Assembly: GCA_022813865.1 (NCBI GenBank)
Contig: JALDZX010000016.1
Coordinates: forward strand, 186,001-250,000
Direction: 5' to 3'
DNA: 64,000 nt
DNA from: Xylographa opegraphella
Lineage: Eukaryota
Shown here: one piece after another, positions 49,299 through 62,248 of the stretch
Position numbering within the stretch: position 1 is the first letter of the stretch
Layout: the number at the start of each line of letters is the position of its first letter
Position numbers and translations under genes: made by a program
The notes under the pieces: generated by a model
Told to the model about the DNA's origin: nothing
Seen by the model: only the letters and a program-made list of their open reading frames with translations
Database searches by the model: none

Positions 49299-50694
49299 AT
49301 GATGTCTTCAGATCCGCCAGTGCCCGAAACACGGGTTCTGGCAATTGCCAGTCACGTAGGAAGCTCTGTTCCCACAATGCCTGGAGAGCGTCCTACTGAC
49401 TGATCTGAAGGTCGTGTATGGGTAAGTTCCGCCCAATCTTAGCAGCTGCAATATAAAAAAGCCGCGTCACCATCAGGACGCCTGACTTGTTGTAGATATG
49501 TCGGAAATACCATGGCGGCCTTTGTCATGCAAGTGCTAGGCTGTGAGGTTGCGGCCCTCAATACGGTGCAATTCAGTATGCTTTCTATGCATTATTGCTC
49601 TTTTCCGCCCATTCTTCAATTACTGAGATATACTGCGTCAGGCAATCATACCGGGTATAGGCAGTTCAAAGGCACCAGAGCCTCTGCCGAGGAGATCCGC
49701 GATGTCTATGAAGGTCTCAAGCAAAGCAATCTTACGGACTTCGACGTCATGCTATCTGGTTACGCGCCGAGTGCCGAAGCCGTAGAGACTATCGGGTCCA
49801 TTGCACGAGATCTCAGGTTCAAGTCGTCCATGAGACCTGGCTCTTTCTTCTGGGGTGCGTTCTGCTCCAAGCATAAACGATAAATAGCCATTAATACTTA
49901 AGCAGTACTTGACCCAGTGATGGGAGATCAAGGCAAGTTATACGTCAATGAAAATGTAGTGCCAGTCTATAAGAAGCTTCTACGGGAAGCCGACCTCATT
50001 CTTCCCAACCAGTTCGAAGTGGAGTCAGTACAAGGCGGAGACGAGGGCCTGTTTTCAAATTCGCTAAATGTGCTTCAGAGTCCTTTCGGACGTCAAAGTA
50101 ACATCGCTTTCGACTCTAAGGGAAGCCATAACCAAGCTACACCAGCAGCATCGCATCCCACACATCATAGTCACCTCCGTCTCATTTGATGACTCCAAGG
50201 AGCTTTGCGTGGTAGGATCCACTAGGCGTACAGATGGTACCCCGCGCTTCTTTTGTATCAACGTGCCCCGGATCGACTGCTTCTTCAGCGGTACAGGCGA
50301 CATGTTCGCTGCCCTGACCGTCGTCCGCCTTCGCGAAGCCGTCTCCTCCACAAAGATAAATGACACACAAGAGCTATCATCTGTATCTTCATGGATTTCC
50401 CCAGACGATGTGTATGCGCTTGACCTACCACTAGCGAAGGCAGCAGAGAAGGTCCTGGCCAGCATGCACACAATTCTTGGAAAAACAAAAAAAGCTGGCG
50501 ATGAAGCACTGGCAGGCCAGGAAGGCGGGGCGCTGGGTATAGAAGGAAGCATTGAGAAATCGTTGTATCTCCGGCAAACGAAAGCTGCTGAGGTCAGGCT
50601 GGTGCGCAATCTGGATGATCTAAGGCACCCCGTGGTGCGGTACAAGGCGGAAGCCTTGTGGGAACCCACAGAACCATTCAACAGGGACTCCTGA
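49299..50694 (+). CDS. BUD16: Pyridoxal kinase (ribokinase family)
   Basis: PETRVLAIASHVVYGYVGN (includes an 11-nt micro-exon 49411-49421), NTVQFSNHTGY, LDPVMGDQGKLYV, LPNQFE, FSGTGDMFAAL. Confidence 0.93.
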
Positions 50695-50772
50695 AGATCC
50701 TTTCTACCTGTGTTTGGTCAAGAGAACGATATAGACCAATGGTTTCCAATTATTGAACAATGTTATCACTTT

Positions 50773-51685
50773 TTACCCCGTACTTCCAAAGCCGCCCGCT
50801 CCTCTGACACTCGCTTCCAACTCCTCCACGACCTCTATCTCGGGCGTGTAGATCTGTATAGCATCAGCTAAATCCCCATGGTCCAGACTACCACCACAAG
50901 CCACCTACCCTCTCCAACACAAGCTGCGCAATCCGATCCCCCACCTTGACTGTACACCAATCAGTCCCTCGCACCACACACATTTCTCACCGTCCCCCAA
51001 ACTCCATCCCTTTACCCCCAGAAGAGCGGCACTCACCCTCAAAATCCTTCTCCGCATGATTGAACAGCAGCACCTTGACCTCCCCCCTATAATCCGCATC
51101 GATGACCCCAGCCCCGGTATCAATAAAATTCTTCACCGCAAGCCCACTCCGAGGCGCGATCCTGCCATCTGTAAACATCCCCCATTAGCCTCTTCTATCC
51201 CACTCGGTCCTCACACATTCCCTTCCCATGTTCCCATCCATCTTGGCTTCCCTTCCCAAAAGGTAGAACTCACACGTCCCCGCCGGCACGGCGACACTCA
51301 GCATCGTGCTCACGAGCGCCTTTCCCCGCGAGGGTATCACGGTGTCGTGCGCGCTGTAGATGTCGTACCCGGCGGCGAATTCGCTACCGCGCGTGGGGAC
51401 GCGGGCGGTCTTGTCGAGGAGCTTGATGAGGAGGGGTGGGGCGGCGGAGAGTTGCGTGACGGGCGGGGCGGCGGACTGAGCGGCGGCGGTGGAGGTCGAG
51501 GCGGAGGCTTTGGCGGGAGAGACCATTGTGGGTTTGGGGCGCTTGGCAAGGGGGGAGGCCGCTGGTGATGGAGAGGGGTGGGAGAGCGGAGGTGGGGTCG
51601 AGGGGCGGGAGGGCATGTTGTGGACGGAAGGAGAGAGGGGACGCGCGCCCGTCGTGGGGATTGTGGAAAGTGGTTGTGCAAACAT
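50773..51685 (-). CDS. DUT1: dUTP pyrophosphatase (dUTPase)
   Basis: All five dUTPase motifs across four exons: [42 protein letters not shown]. In-frame ATGs at 51685, 51616 and 51526; the true start is uncertain. Confidence 0.95.
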
Positions 51686-52345
51686 GCCAAGAGTTGTCTA
51701 ATATTTGGTACATTTAATTCCGAGAATGTCTGACCAATAAGAAGCTTCCAAAGTCTTAAAATCCCCTGTGGGTGTTCGGGATTGTTATTGGCCATAAATC
51801 TTCTATATGGTTTACACATAATTGGCTCGAATGACGTGGTGAGCTTGTTGCAGAACGAGAGCTTCAGGGGTAAAGTACTTGATAGCGTCTTGATAAGAAA
51901 TTGTAGGTAAATTATTACCCATATGTACTCCATATAGGCATTTTGTTGAATCCTACCACGTTGTTGGTTCAGATTTTGACCAGTGTAATCCTGATCCGCA
52001 TCACATCATACTCTCAAGACCGAGAAGCCACTCATAAGGCTCCGAGTTCGGATTAGTCAAAGTTCGAGAATCAACCTGTTATGTGCCATGGACAAAACAG
52101 TCGTCTTGGACACTGAATTTTGGTATCACATAGAAGTCAAGATAGTCCAGATCACATCTGATGCCATCTGAGACAGGGTGTCCAAAGTATCGGAAGAGTT
52201 CAATTGATAGTGCGGAATGATGGAATAGTGGCCTGTCTGACCATACAGAAGTTCCAAATAATGACATTGATACAGATTTAGACTTTTGAGAGCAGGATCA
52301 GACACCGTAAGAGACCACTTCGCCTGAGCTATCGTTGTCAAAAGA

Positions 52346-54052
52346 CTAGCAATGTACACTTGCAATTTCCGTATTCGATGTCACTGCAAGGTATTTGTTT
52401 AGTGCTAGCTGGACTTCACCGTTTGTTAGCGCTGCTTTCTCGTCCTCGGTCATTGTGTCCTGTCTGTCTTTATCAAGTAATGCAAAATCCCCCTGAATGA
52501 ATTCTGCGACTTGCTCGGGTGCACGACCAACAAAAGTCTTTGGATCTAGGAGCTGCTCAAGCTGCCCAACAATGGGTTTGAAGAAGTCCGTTTTCCGTAT
52601 CCTATCTAAAAGGTCATTATCCCCTCCGTCGACTTTGACGTTACAGGCGGCTTGGTGAGACAAGACGCGGATTTCCTCGTGAGCGTCTTGTCTCGAGATA
52701 CCTTTGGCTGTAAGAGCCATTATAATGTTTTCTCTGTGATGATCTAGTCAGTGTTGATGTTGTGGGCAAGTATGAATGCGAGGGACGTACGTGACCATAA
52801 ATGGTAGCTCTTGATCGATTCGTCGTTGTATTATTGCAGGATATAGAACGAAGCCAGAACATATCTACGCTCATATCAGGATTGATGCCCGAATTCGGCA
52901 ATAACACTTACATTGTCCAGAAGTATCAAACAAGCGTCAGCGCAAAGATATGCTTCCGGTATACAAATACGTCTTACAGCACTATCATCAAGCGTTCTTT
53001 CGAACCATTGCCCTGCATATGTCTCAACTGCATTCTTAGGTAGATTAGTGAGATATCGTCCGAGAGAGCACAGTCGTTCTGAACGCATGGGATTTCGTTT
53101 GTAGGCCATCGCCGAACTTCCGATCTGACCCGCTTCGAATGGTTCCTCCATTTCCTTAAGCATTGCTAGATGTCGTATGTCTGCCCCTATACGCTGGCAA
53201 GTCGCGCCAAACGAGCCTAGAGAGCTAAGCACATCGATGTCGATCTTACGAGAATAGGTCTGACTGGTGATCTGATATGCAGGGTGGGCTGTATCGAACT
53301 CGGCTTTTTTGGTGACGAGCCTATCTAGATTCTTTACCTTTTGGTGATCCCCAGCGAACAGTGCTAGGAAGCTTGCCTGAGTGCCCGTCGTGCCTTTGAC
53401 ACCGCGGAACCGCAGGTCATCACGTGCACGCTCTATGTTACGGAGATCCATGAGCAGATCCTGGATCCAAAGGCAAGTTCTTTTCCCGACAGTGACCAGT
53501 TGAGCTGGCTGCCCATGAGTGTAACCGAGGCAGGGCAGGTCCTTGTGTTCTAGTGCAAAGTCCTTGAGCTTCCGTATCACCGTAGCAAGCTTAGGCAGTA
53601 GTAAATTCAGCCCGTCTCGTAAGAATATTAGATCTGTTAAAACTGGTTAGCAAGAGAAGTGGGTAGATGAACTAGGAGCTTGAATCGAAAGGACTCGAAC
53701 CTGCATTGTCAGTAACATAGCACGATGTGGCACCAAGATGTATTATGCCTGCAGCTTCTGGAGAGACTAATCCAAAGGCATGGACATGAGCCATAACGTC
53801 GTGTCGTTGACGCTTTTCCTCCGCCGCCACCACAGCAAATTCCTCGTCCTTGATATCGACATGATCTCGCATCTGTTTGATTGCATCGTCAGAGATGCCT
53901 TTCAAATCCAGCTCCATTTCTGCTTCTGCCAGCCAGAGCCAAAGCTTCCTCCATGTCGAGAATCGATTCCGAGGGGAGAAGAGATACTTCATCTCAGAGC
54001 TGCAATACCGCGAGTTAAATGGCGTCTGATATATGTCGTAATTCTCGGCCAT
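52346..54052 (-). CDS. ADE13: Adenylosuccinate lyase
   Basis: [54 protein letters not shown], fumarase/ASL signature [40 protein letters not shown]. Confidence 0.97.
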
Positions 54053-54509
54053 GATGTATAGTACCTTCGAAGTAGAACAACTGGTCCTGCGTAGTAGGAA
54101 ATTTTCCGAGCTTTGCTTTAGAAAACAGAAACAGCCTCGTATTGAAACCTCAGACGAACGAACAGATCGTGTGTGGTCTGAAGAAATTTTTTGTGGATCT
54201 TAGGGTTGTGACTTAGGGTTGTGGGAAATACAACAAAGGCCCACCGATGATCTCGAAATCAAACACGAAACGCTGGTTCACTATTGAAGAAGGGCGAGCA
54301 CATTCTACTTATTACAGTATCATGCCCAGCAGCATACTCAAGCGACTGTTACACATATTCTCTATCTCGTCACTCGTCCCCGGGTAATCAATTACCAACG
54401 TCCGAATGCCTCGGCTCCCCACGTTTGGTCAGCGCCATCCTAGCTACCACTGAATACCTGTACTCTATGTCTTCAACAAATTTATAAGAGGTTGACGCCG
54501 AGAATAATT

Positions 54510-55898
54510 ATGGCAGGCCCCGTGCGTCAACCTGTCAACATCGAATGCCTGTCCAGCTATCTTGAACAGAACATCCCTGAAATAAGGTTGCCCATAAGTA
54601 TCAAGCAGGTCAACTCCATCTTGAATATATCTCAGCATAGATATAAATCTGTCTAATACAATTCACAGTTTGGATTCGGACAGTCTAATCCGACTTACCA
54701 ATTGACCGCGGCCGATGACGTCAAGTACGTTCTGCGCAAGAAGCCACCAGGCAAGCTACTCTCCAAAACAGCACATCAAGTCGAGCGAGAATACAGAATA
54801 ATACATGCGCTTGGAAAGACAAATGTACCGGTACCGAAGACCTACGGGCTTTGCGAGGATGCAAGTGTAGTAGGAACGCCATTCTACATCATGGAATTCT
54901 TGGATGGAAGGATATTCGAAGATGCTAGTTTTCCTGGTGTTACCGCGGCCGAGAGAAGGGAGATGTACGTCTTTCTTCTTCTTAGATCTCGTCTTCCAGA
55001 ATTCTTGGCAGAGATAGTACACATCTCCTAATCTAGGTTTGTCACAGGTGGCGGTCCGCTCTTCTCACTCTTTCTTCCCTTCACTGTACCTCACCGGCGT
55101 CTGCATCGCTCTCATCCTTTGGCAAGCCGTCTGGCTTCTACAACCGTCAGCTCAAAACCCTCGGTACAATCTCTATCCAACAAGCTCAAGCTATCGATAT
55201 CGAAACCGGCGTACAGGTCGGAAAGATTCCACATTTCGACGACATGGTAGCCTTCTTCCGAGATCCAGAAACGCAGCCCCGGGATATGGGTACACTCATA
55301 CATGGGGACTACAAGATAGATAATCTTGTGTACCACAAGACGGAGCCAAGAGTGATAGGCATACTAGAGTAAGTACGATACCTTTCCATACTCATCCTTG
55401 GAGGCATCTAAGAACTTACCCTGACCTTGTGCTCATAGTTGGGAGATGTCCACGATTGGCCATCCTCTGTCCGACCTTGCGAACATCCTAGGGCCCTATA
55501 CTCTTGCACAGCCCCAGCCTCAACTCAATACCTCTGCTAAAAATCCCTTTCGCCCTCTTATCGAATCTCGAACCAATCCTGCTTTCCTTCCCAATGCCAA
55601 TGTACCTGGTCTCCCAAGCCGCGATGAATGCATAGCAATATACGCCGAGGCAGCAGGATGGGATCCGCGCCCAAAACGCAAAAACGACACAGATGAGAGC
55701 TTATGGGGTGACGCCTTCGGTGTGTTCAGGAATAGTGTTATAATGCAAGGAATCGCAGCGCGGTATGCTCTCCGGCAAGCGAGCAGTGCACAAGCCCAGG
55801 AGATAGGAGCACTGATGAGGCCATTTGGGGAGGCTGCTTGGGCGCTGGTAGACATTTGTAAGGGCGGGACTTCGAACAGATATAAAGCAAGATTGTAA
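54510..55898 (+). CDS. Stand-alone APH-family phosphotransferase (ACAD10/11 N-terminal kinase-like), predicted peroxisomal
   Basis: [90 protein letters not shown]-terminus KARL. Confidence 0.9.
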
Positions 55899-56952
55899 TA
55901 TCCATGCCACAGAACAAACGTATTCATACTTTGGCCATCGTCGGACTTGAGCCGCTGTTATAGTCTTAGCGGTCCGTCAGTCCCCAGAACTCAATTCTAC
56001 GCGCCGCTAAGATACCACAATGTTCTACTCCGTACTGACAAGCGAAGGCGCGAATGAACGATGAGCAACGACAAGATAGTCTGTACAGTGTGCAATTTCT
56101 AGAATAGACCTGAGATGGCCAGCTGCATCATTACCAACGACTAAGCTCCCAATGAGTGGCTGTTACCTCCGACTATGGCCCGCGACTCCAACGAGTCAGC
56201 CATCGGATTCACGGAGCAGAGTATCAAGACCCAAAAATTGGGCTATCCGATGGCAATCTTCTGGTACACACTGAAGCATGGCCCGAACGGATATGATTAT
56301 CATGGCTGTGCACAAATCTAGCTTCATAACAGGATTTGGACATAATCACTGTTGGTTACACAGCAAGCGAACGGGTTAGAGAAACGGAGATTATTACTCG
56401 GAGCGCCAATCGCTAAAGAACATTGGACAGCTGTCGGTCTTTTGAAGTTGACACAGAATTTGTATCTTGCAAATCAATAAGCTTTTTCAATGTGAATCGA
56501 GAATGGCGCGGGGCATCCTGCGCCACGACCTCCAGGGGGACCTAAGTACTTCGACTCGAAGTCAGCGAATGGTACGAGCAGAAGATTTTTATGATGGGCG
56601 GAGGTTGTAGAGCGTCATGAAAAAATTAGAGTGTATGTTGTTGCTTTTTTTAATTCTTCAGTGAAGATCAGGGTTAAAAAAGATTAATCTTGCGCCGCGA
56701 GTGGAGTTCAGTAGCTGACAGGGGGTTTTACCTGTATGCACAAAAGAAAACCCCAAATGAAGATGGTAGCACCCTATTCAATCTGATGTATCGTAAGTTA
56801 TTTGAATCGAGTCACGTGGTTAGTAGCCATTGGGGTAGTTATCAGTGTAGAATCGTGTTTGATGTTGCGTTTTGAACATACGTCAGTACATTCTTCGTGG
56901 CCGAGCACAACTACGACATTACAAGGCAGCTAAGAACATGATTTCGCATGAT

Positions 56953-58080
56953 CTAATCAAACAGGCCGCCGAACCCTAAGATTTGTGTTAGCTACGATGC
57001 CAGTATGAACATCATTGCAGGAGAGCTGACCTTCGTCACCACTCTCTTCAGCCGGCTCTTCCTCCGCTGGCGCTGCTTCAGCCACAGCGGCAGGTTTATC
57101 CTCTTCCACCGCTGCTGCAGGTGCTGTAGATGCGTATGCGTCTGGATTAGCAATACGGTCTTTGAGCTCGTCAATGCCGGGCCAGCTGTAATCCGTTTCG
57201 ATTGCAACAGCGAGCACCTTCTTATAACCATTGACTAGTGTATGGATGATGGAAGGCAGAGTAGGATAGTTGGCTGCGAGTGAAATAGTCGTGATAGTCT
57301 TGATTGCCGAGTTGAGCGCGTCGAAAAGTTGCTTCTCCTCAATGTCCAATACAGCTGGAGCGAAGGTTTGACCTTGATCGTAGATCTGGGATATGCCCAT
57401 TCCATAAGTAAACGGAGAGATGTTTAGCATATTGAGTAGTGTAGCCTCTGAGGCTCCGACCTTGTTTCCTGCTTCAACGAGCTTGAGATCTGCCGTGATT
57501 TCGATAGTTCCACGAGCAATCTTTGTAGGCACACCAAGTGCCTGGAAGAACGAGGTTTTCCCAGGTTCCATACCAGTATTACCGGCAGGAACAAAGACAT
57601 CAGCTGGGGCTACAGCACCGGCACGAGCAGGTGCTGCGACTTTCTCGGCAAGAATAACATCACGAGTTTTGTTGAGATCAGCGTTCGTGAAAATGAAGCC
57701 GACATTTCCTATGTCGTGTTAGCTATGATGCACATGCTACTTCTATGATGCTATACCTTTAACATGAGGTAGAAGGCGCTCGTACTCTGGGAAGTCGCTG
57801 ATGAAGCCCTTGATGGCCCGTCGAACCTATCAAAATAAACGTAAGTCCATTTTGCATGACCTTGAAATATGTATCTGCTTGTATGCACATAACAATTATA
57901 ACATACCATAGTATTCTTGCCCATCAAAACAACCCCTTCTCCTCTCAAGCTCTTCCTTATCTTGTGCATCTGCTGGGAGCTGACATTGTCAACCGTCACA
58001 ATGAAGATCGAGTTGTATTCTTCAAGCAAACCCTTGAGCTTGTCGAAATAGCCCGCCTTGTTTGCTGACCTGCCCCCCAT
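56953..58080 (-). CDS. RPP0: 60S acidic ribosomal protein P0 (uL10)
   Basis: [67 protein letters not shown], and an acidic tail EESGDEGFGGLFD after the last intron. Confidence 0.97.
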
Positions 58081-58386
58081 GTCTTCTTGTGATTGAAGAT
58101 AGGATATTTAAGGGTCGGGTGAAGTTGTAAGAATGATTTGCGGCCAATTGACGCTGTGTGGATCGCTGGTGATATCCGCAAACCCTCGATACGAAATTAG
58201 GACATTGTGCGATTAGCTCGCTCGATAGGGCTGGGGCTAGTACTACACTAATTACCTTGTCGGCCAATAACACATACCTTAGTCAAATCAACAGTACAGA
58301 TTTTTGCTAACGATCCCTATTGAGCTTTTGCCATTACAACCACATTTCTGTTTTGGCCAGCGTCAGTATCGTCCATAGCTCATGTC

Positions 58387-60078
58387 ATGATGTTGCCGTT
58401 TCATCGTATTCTCTATTGTAATAGACAGGGAACTTCGAGTCTCATAATTGCTGCAACAGGCAATTGTATTCATTCTTTCTCGGCCTTGACAGGAACTCTA
58501 TTATCATCTTGGTCTCAAAACTATGCAGCAGGACCTGCTGATCCAGATCCTACTCCCTCTGATCGTCCGATGAAACGGCGTAGACTGTCTGGATCAGCAG
58601 AGATGTCCGACAGCACGTCAGCAGAAATCGTCATAGACAATGACAACAAAAAGCCTCGTAAACGGAAGGCAAATATAACGCCAGTATCGGCTGTGACCAA
58701 TATCATGGTTAATTCCACTGGCAAATACATAGTCGCCGTCACTGGTGAGGACAAATGCATAAGAGTTCTCGAACTGCTAGTCGACAACACGCTGCTCCAG
58801 ATCAGCGAGAGGTAGGCACTGATTTTCCAATATCAGGTCAATCTGATAGGAAAGACAGGCATATGCCTAAGCGGCCATGTTCTGTGGCATTCACAACTGA
58901 TGAATCTACCATTTTGTGTGCTGATAAATTTGGCGATGTCTACGCTCTGCCCCTTTTCGACCCGCTTAAAAATAAAAACGAGGTAGTCAACGAGAAAATT
59001 AGGACGCTTAATCGGTCAACTAACGAGGCGAAGCCCAAGCTCTTCGTCCCTGCTGCGACTGCGCTTACCGTGCACACCAAGAGCAATCAGCAGGCTCTCA
59101 AGAATCAGCAAACTCTACCACACAGGTCTTCAGAGAAGAGGAGCCTTGACTTCACTCACCAACTGCTTCTAGGACATGTCTCACTTTTGACAGATCTTGT
59201 ATACGTCACCGTGCCTGCAGCTGGGTCTGGTCCCTCCACAAGGAGCTACCTACTGACTTCTGACCGTGATGAGCACATTCGAATATCACGAGGCCTGCCG
59301 CAGGCCCATATTATAGAAGGTTACTGTCTCGGCCACACCGAATTCGTAAGTAGATTATGCGTTCCACCTTGGGATCGCAATTACCTGATATCCGGAGGTG
59401 GAGATGATCATCTCCTTGTGTGGAAATGGCTCTCTTCCGAAATAAAGCAAAGAGTTGAGCTGAAGTCTCTGGTGGCTGGACTTGGGGACAAGATTTCCAA
59501 AGAATCACAGCGGAGCTTCAAGCATTCGACCATTGCAACCGGTACTGGTAGTGTTGCTGTCTCTGGAATATGGGCACTTCAGAAACCAAACGGCAACAAG
59601 GAGAAGTATGATGGATATGTCATAGTGGCATGCGAAAGGTAAATGTCTCGCTCATCTATACATGTAAAGGGGTCACTAATCTGGACCTAGAGTTCCTGCT
59701 TTGTTTATTTATTCTTGGCATGAGAGCGGGCAGGTCGAGCATCATAAGACGCTAGAATTGGAAGGCAATATACTTGACGTCGCTGTAGTACCAAAGCAGA
59801 TGTCTATTGTCTACACAATAGACAATCTAGAGGATTACTCGTCAACAACAGATAACAAGCTTCGTTGCCGTTTGCCAAGCTTTGGATCTTGCTGCTATTC
59901 GAGTACTCTCAACTGTTGGGCTAAAAGTTCGCCACTACAAGAGGTAGTTAGTCGCGTCAATTCATGGGCAGCCACGCAGGAAAGCACTGTACAAGACATT
60001 GAATTTCGAAGTAATGTTATGAGTGATTATCTATATGGGACAGAGAAATTGCGAAAGCGAGACCAGGATGAGGATTAA
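58387..60078 (+). CDS. TRM82: tRNA (guanine-N7)-methyltransferase non-catalytic WD subunit
   Basis: AVTGEDKCIRV, MPKRP, ADKFGDVY, LLGHVSLLTD, DRDEHIRISR, GYCLGHTEFVS, SGGGDD, EKLRKR. Two introns. Confidence 0.92.
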
Positions 60079-60300
60079 CAAAATCGTTATTCAAAATTAC
60101 ATAGTACAATGCGGACATGCGCTTAGACTGAGAGTGCGAGACTGAGGGACCTAGGTAATCAACATGTCAGCCTCGCTTAGAAGTAAAAGTAGGGATACAA
60201 GTAGCTTATACTAAGCGAGACACTAGCAATATTGATGATGATTGGATAGCTTCTCTATGAACTGTTTGTCAGAGATATTCACGAAATCCAGCGCAGAATA

Positions 60301-61555
60301 ATGCCCACCTTTGCACCTCTTAAGAATGATCTGATACTACGTGTTGCGAAAGGTGTATCTCGAGTCGATTGCCACTGTAATGACAGTCGCTGAACCTGTG
60401 CAGGGGAGAAAGTTGAACGAGCGCCGGTATGGGTGATGCGTCAAGGCAAGCTTACAGAGCTCATTTAGGCACAGCACACTGCTGACACTTCTGCAGCTGG
60501 TCGCTATTTGAAAGAGTACAAGCTGAGGAAGGGAACCCGCGACTTTTTTGAATGCTGCCGCTCCCCTGAGATTGCATCTGACCTTACCCTTCAGCCTATT
60601 GATGTCTTTGATGGGCTCATCGATGCAGCCATTATCTTTTCCGATATTCTCGTTGTTCCACAGGCTCTTGGTATGACAGTTGAGATTCTGGACAAACAAG
60701 GCCCTCACTTCCCAAATCCATTGGAGAGTCCTCATGATGGACAGTACTCTCAAATCATGGGAAAAGAAGTTGACGTGCAGAAGGAACTCGATTATGTTTT
60801 CAAGGCTATCACTATGACAAAGCACAAACTGGACGGAAGGGTTCCCCTCTTTGGGTTTTGCGGAGCCCCCTGGACTTTATTCTGCTACATGGTTGAAGGA
60901 GGCGGGAGCAAGATATTCCAACAAGTAAAGACCTGGATCTACAAATTTCCCACTGAGAGCTTGGCTTTGCTACAAAAAACCGCCGAAGTATGCGTGGAGT
61001 ATCTGGCTTTGCAAGTAGAGGCCGGTGCAGATATTGTGCAAGTCTTTGACTCTTGGGCTGGTGAATTGTCACCCTCATCTTTCAAACGGTTCTCTTTACC
61101 CTATCTACGTTATATCTCGGAAAAACTACCACTACGACTGAAGGATCTCAATCTACAGCCAGTACCAATGGTTGTCTTCGCCAAAGGTGCTTGGTATGCT
61201 TTAGATGCGCTATGCGACTCAGGTTACAATGTTGTTGGTCTTGATTGGCTTCACGATCCCGCGGAAGCGGTCAGAATAGCAAATGGACGAGTGATTCTCC
61301 AAGGCAACGCAGACCCAGGCATCTTGTATGGTAGCAGAGATAGTATCACAGCTCTTGTGGAGGAAATGGTAGCAGGTTTTGGTGGCGGAAAGGAAGGATG
61401 GATAGTGAACCTTGGTCATGGTTTGTGAGTCTCATCCATTCTCGACTCCGTTTAACAAATCCACAGGTATTACTCTCAATGTCAACCAAGAAGACCTCAG
61501 ATTCTTTCTCCAAGAGATTCATAGGGTCACGGGCACGAGCTTGAAGGAGAGTTGA
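60301..61555 (+). CDS. HEM12: Uroporphyrinogen decarboxylase
   Basis: [21 protein letters not shown] (across a GC-AG intron 60446-60496), [48 protein letters not shown]. Confidence 0.97.
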
Positions 61556-61682
61556 ATTTATTAGTAGCTTGATAGCTTCTAATATTAGTTCTTTACATGT
61601 AATTGAGTTGGCGTCCAAGAGTGTAGCTGGTACCAAACATCACTAGATGTTCTTTATCCATATTTCAGCACAGACGGCCGGT

Positions 61683-62248
61683 TTATACTCCTATATCCTC
61701 GTTCCTGTATCGTAGTGCATCAGCCTCGAAAGGTATTTTTCTGCCTGGGTCTGGGAGGTACGAACCAAGTGGCAGAGTTCTCCTTGATGAATTTGGCCAT
61801 GAGCGTTTTACATTCTGCATTCTGTAGAACAACTACCTCAATCCCTCTTTCCTTAAGGTATGCCTCACCTCCTACGAAGTTTTCGTTCTCCCCAATTACT
61901 ACTCGACCGACCTTATAGAGCACGCAGGCACCGGTACACATATCACATGGAGATAATGTAGTATACATAGTAGCTCCTTGGTATGCGGAGGCAGGAAGGC
62001 GCCCCGTATTCTCCAGCGTTGATATCTCCGCCTGAGTTGGAATGCTGTCAGACGTCCGTCGCCGAAGCGGTCAATCGACGACTGCCTACATGTAAAGTCG
62101 CACTGCCCCTTTGCACTCTCAGATTATGTCCACGCCCCAAGATTTTGCCATCCTTGGACACAAGACAAGCTCCAATGGGGACGCCACCCTCCTTTGCACT
62201 AATATTGGCTTCATCTATGGCCGCGAGGAGTCCGGGCTCATTGTCCAT
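61683..62248 (-). CDS. FCY1: Cytosine deaminase
   Basis: EGGVPIGACL, GRGHNLRVQRGSATLHAE (Zn-binding HAE across an intron), MYTTLSPCDMCTGAC, RVVIGEN, WNEDIGV-stop. Confidence 0.95.

Noticed and set aside
54199..54224. Direct repeat CTTAGGGTTGTG x2 containing the telomeric hexamer TTAGGG, in the ADE13/kinase promoter
   Set aside because: Only two non-tandem hexamers. It could be a Tbf1-type site, but that is too little to call an interstitial telomere or a regulatory element.
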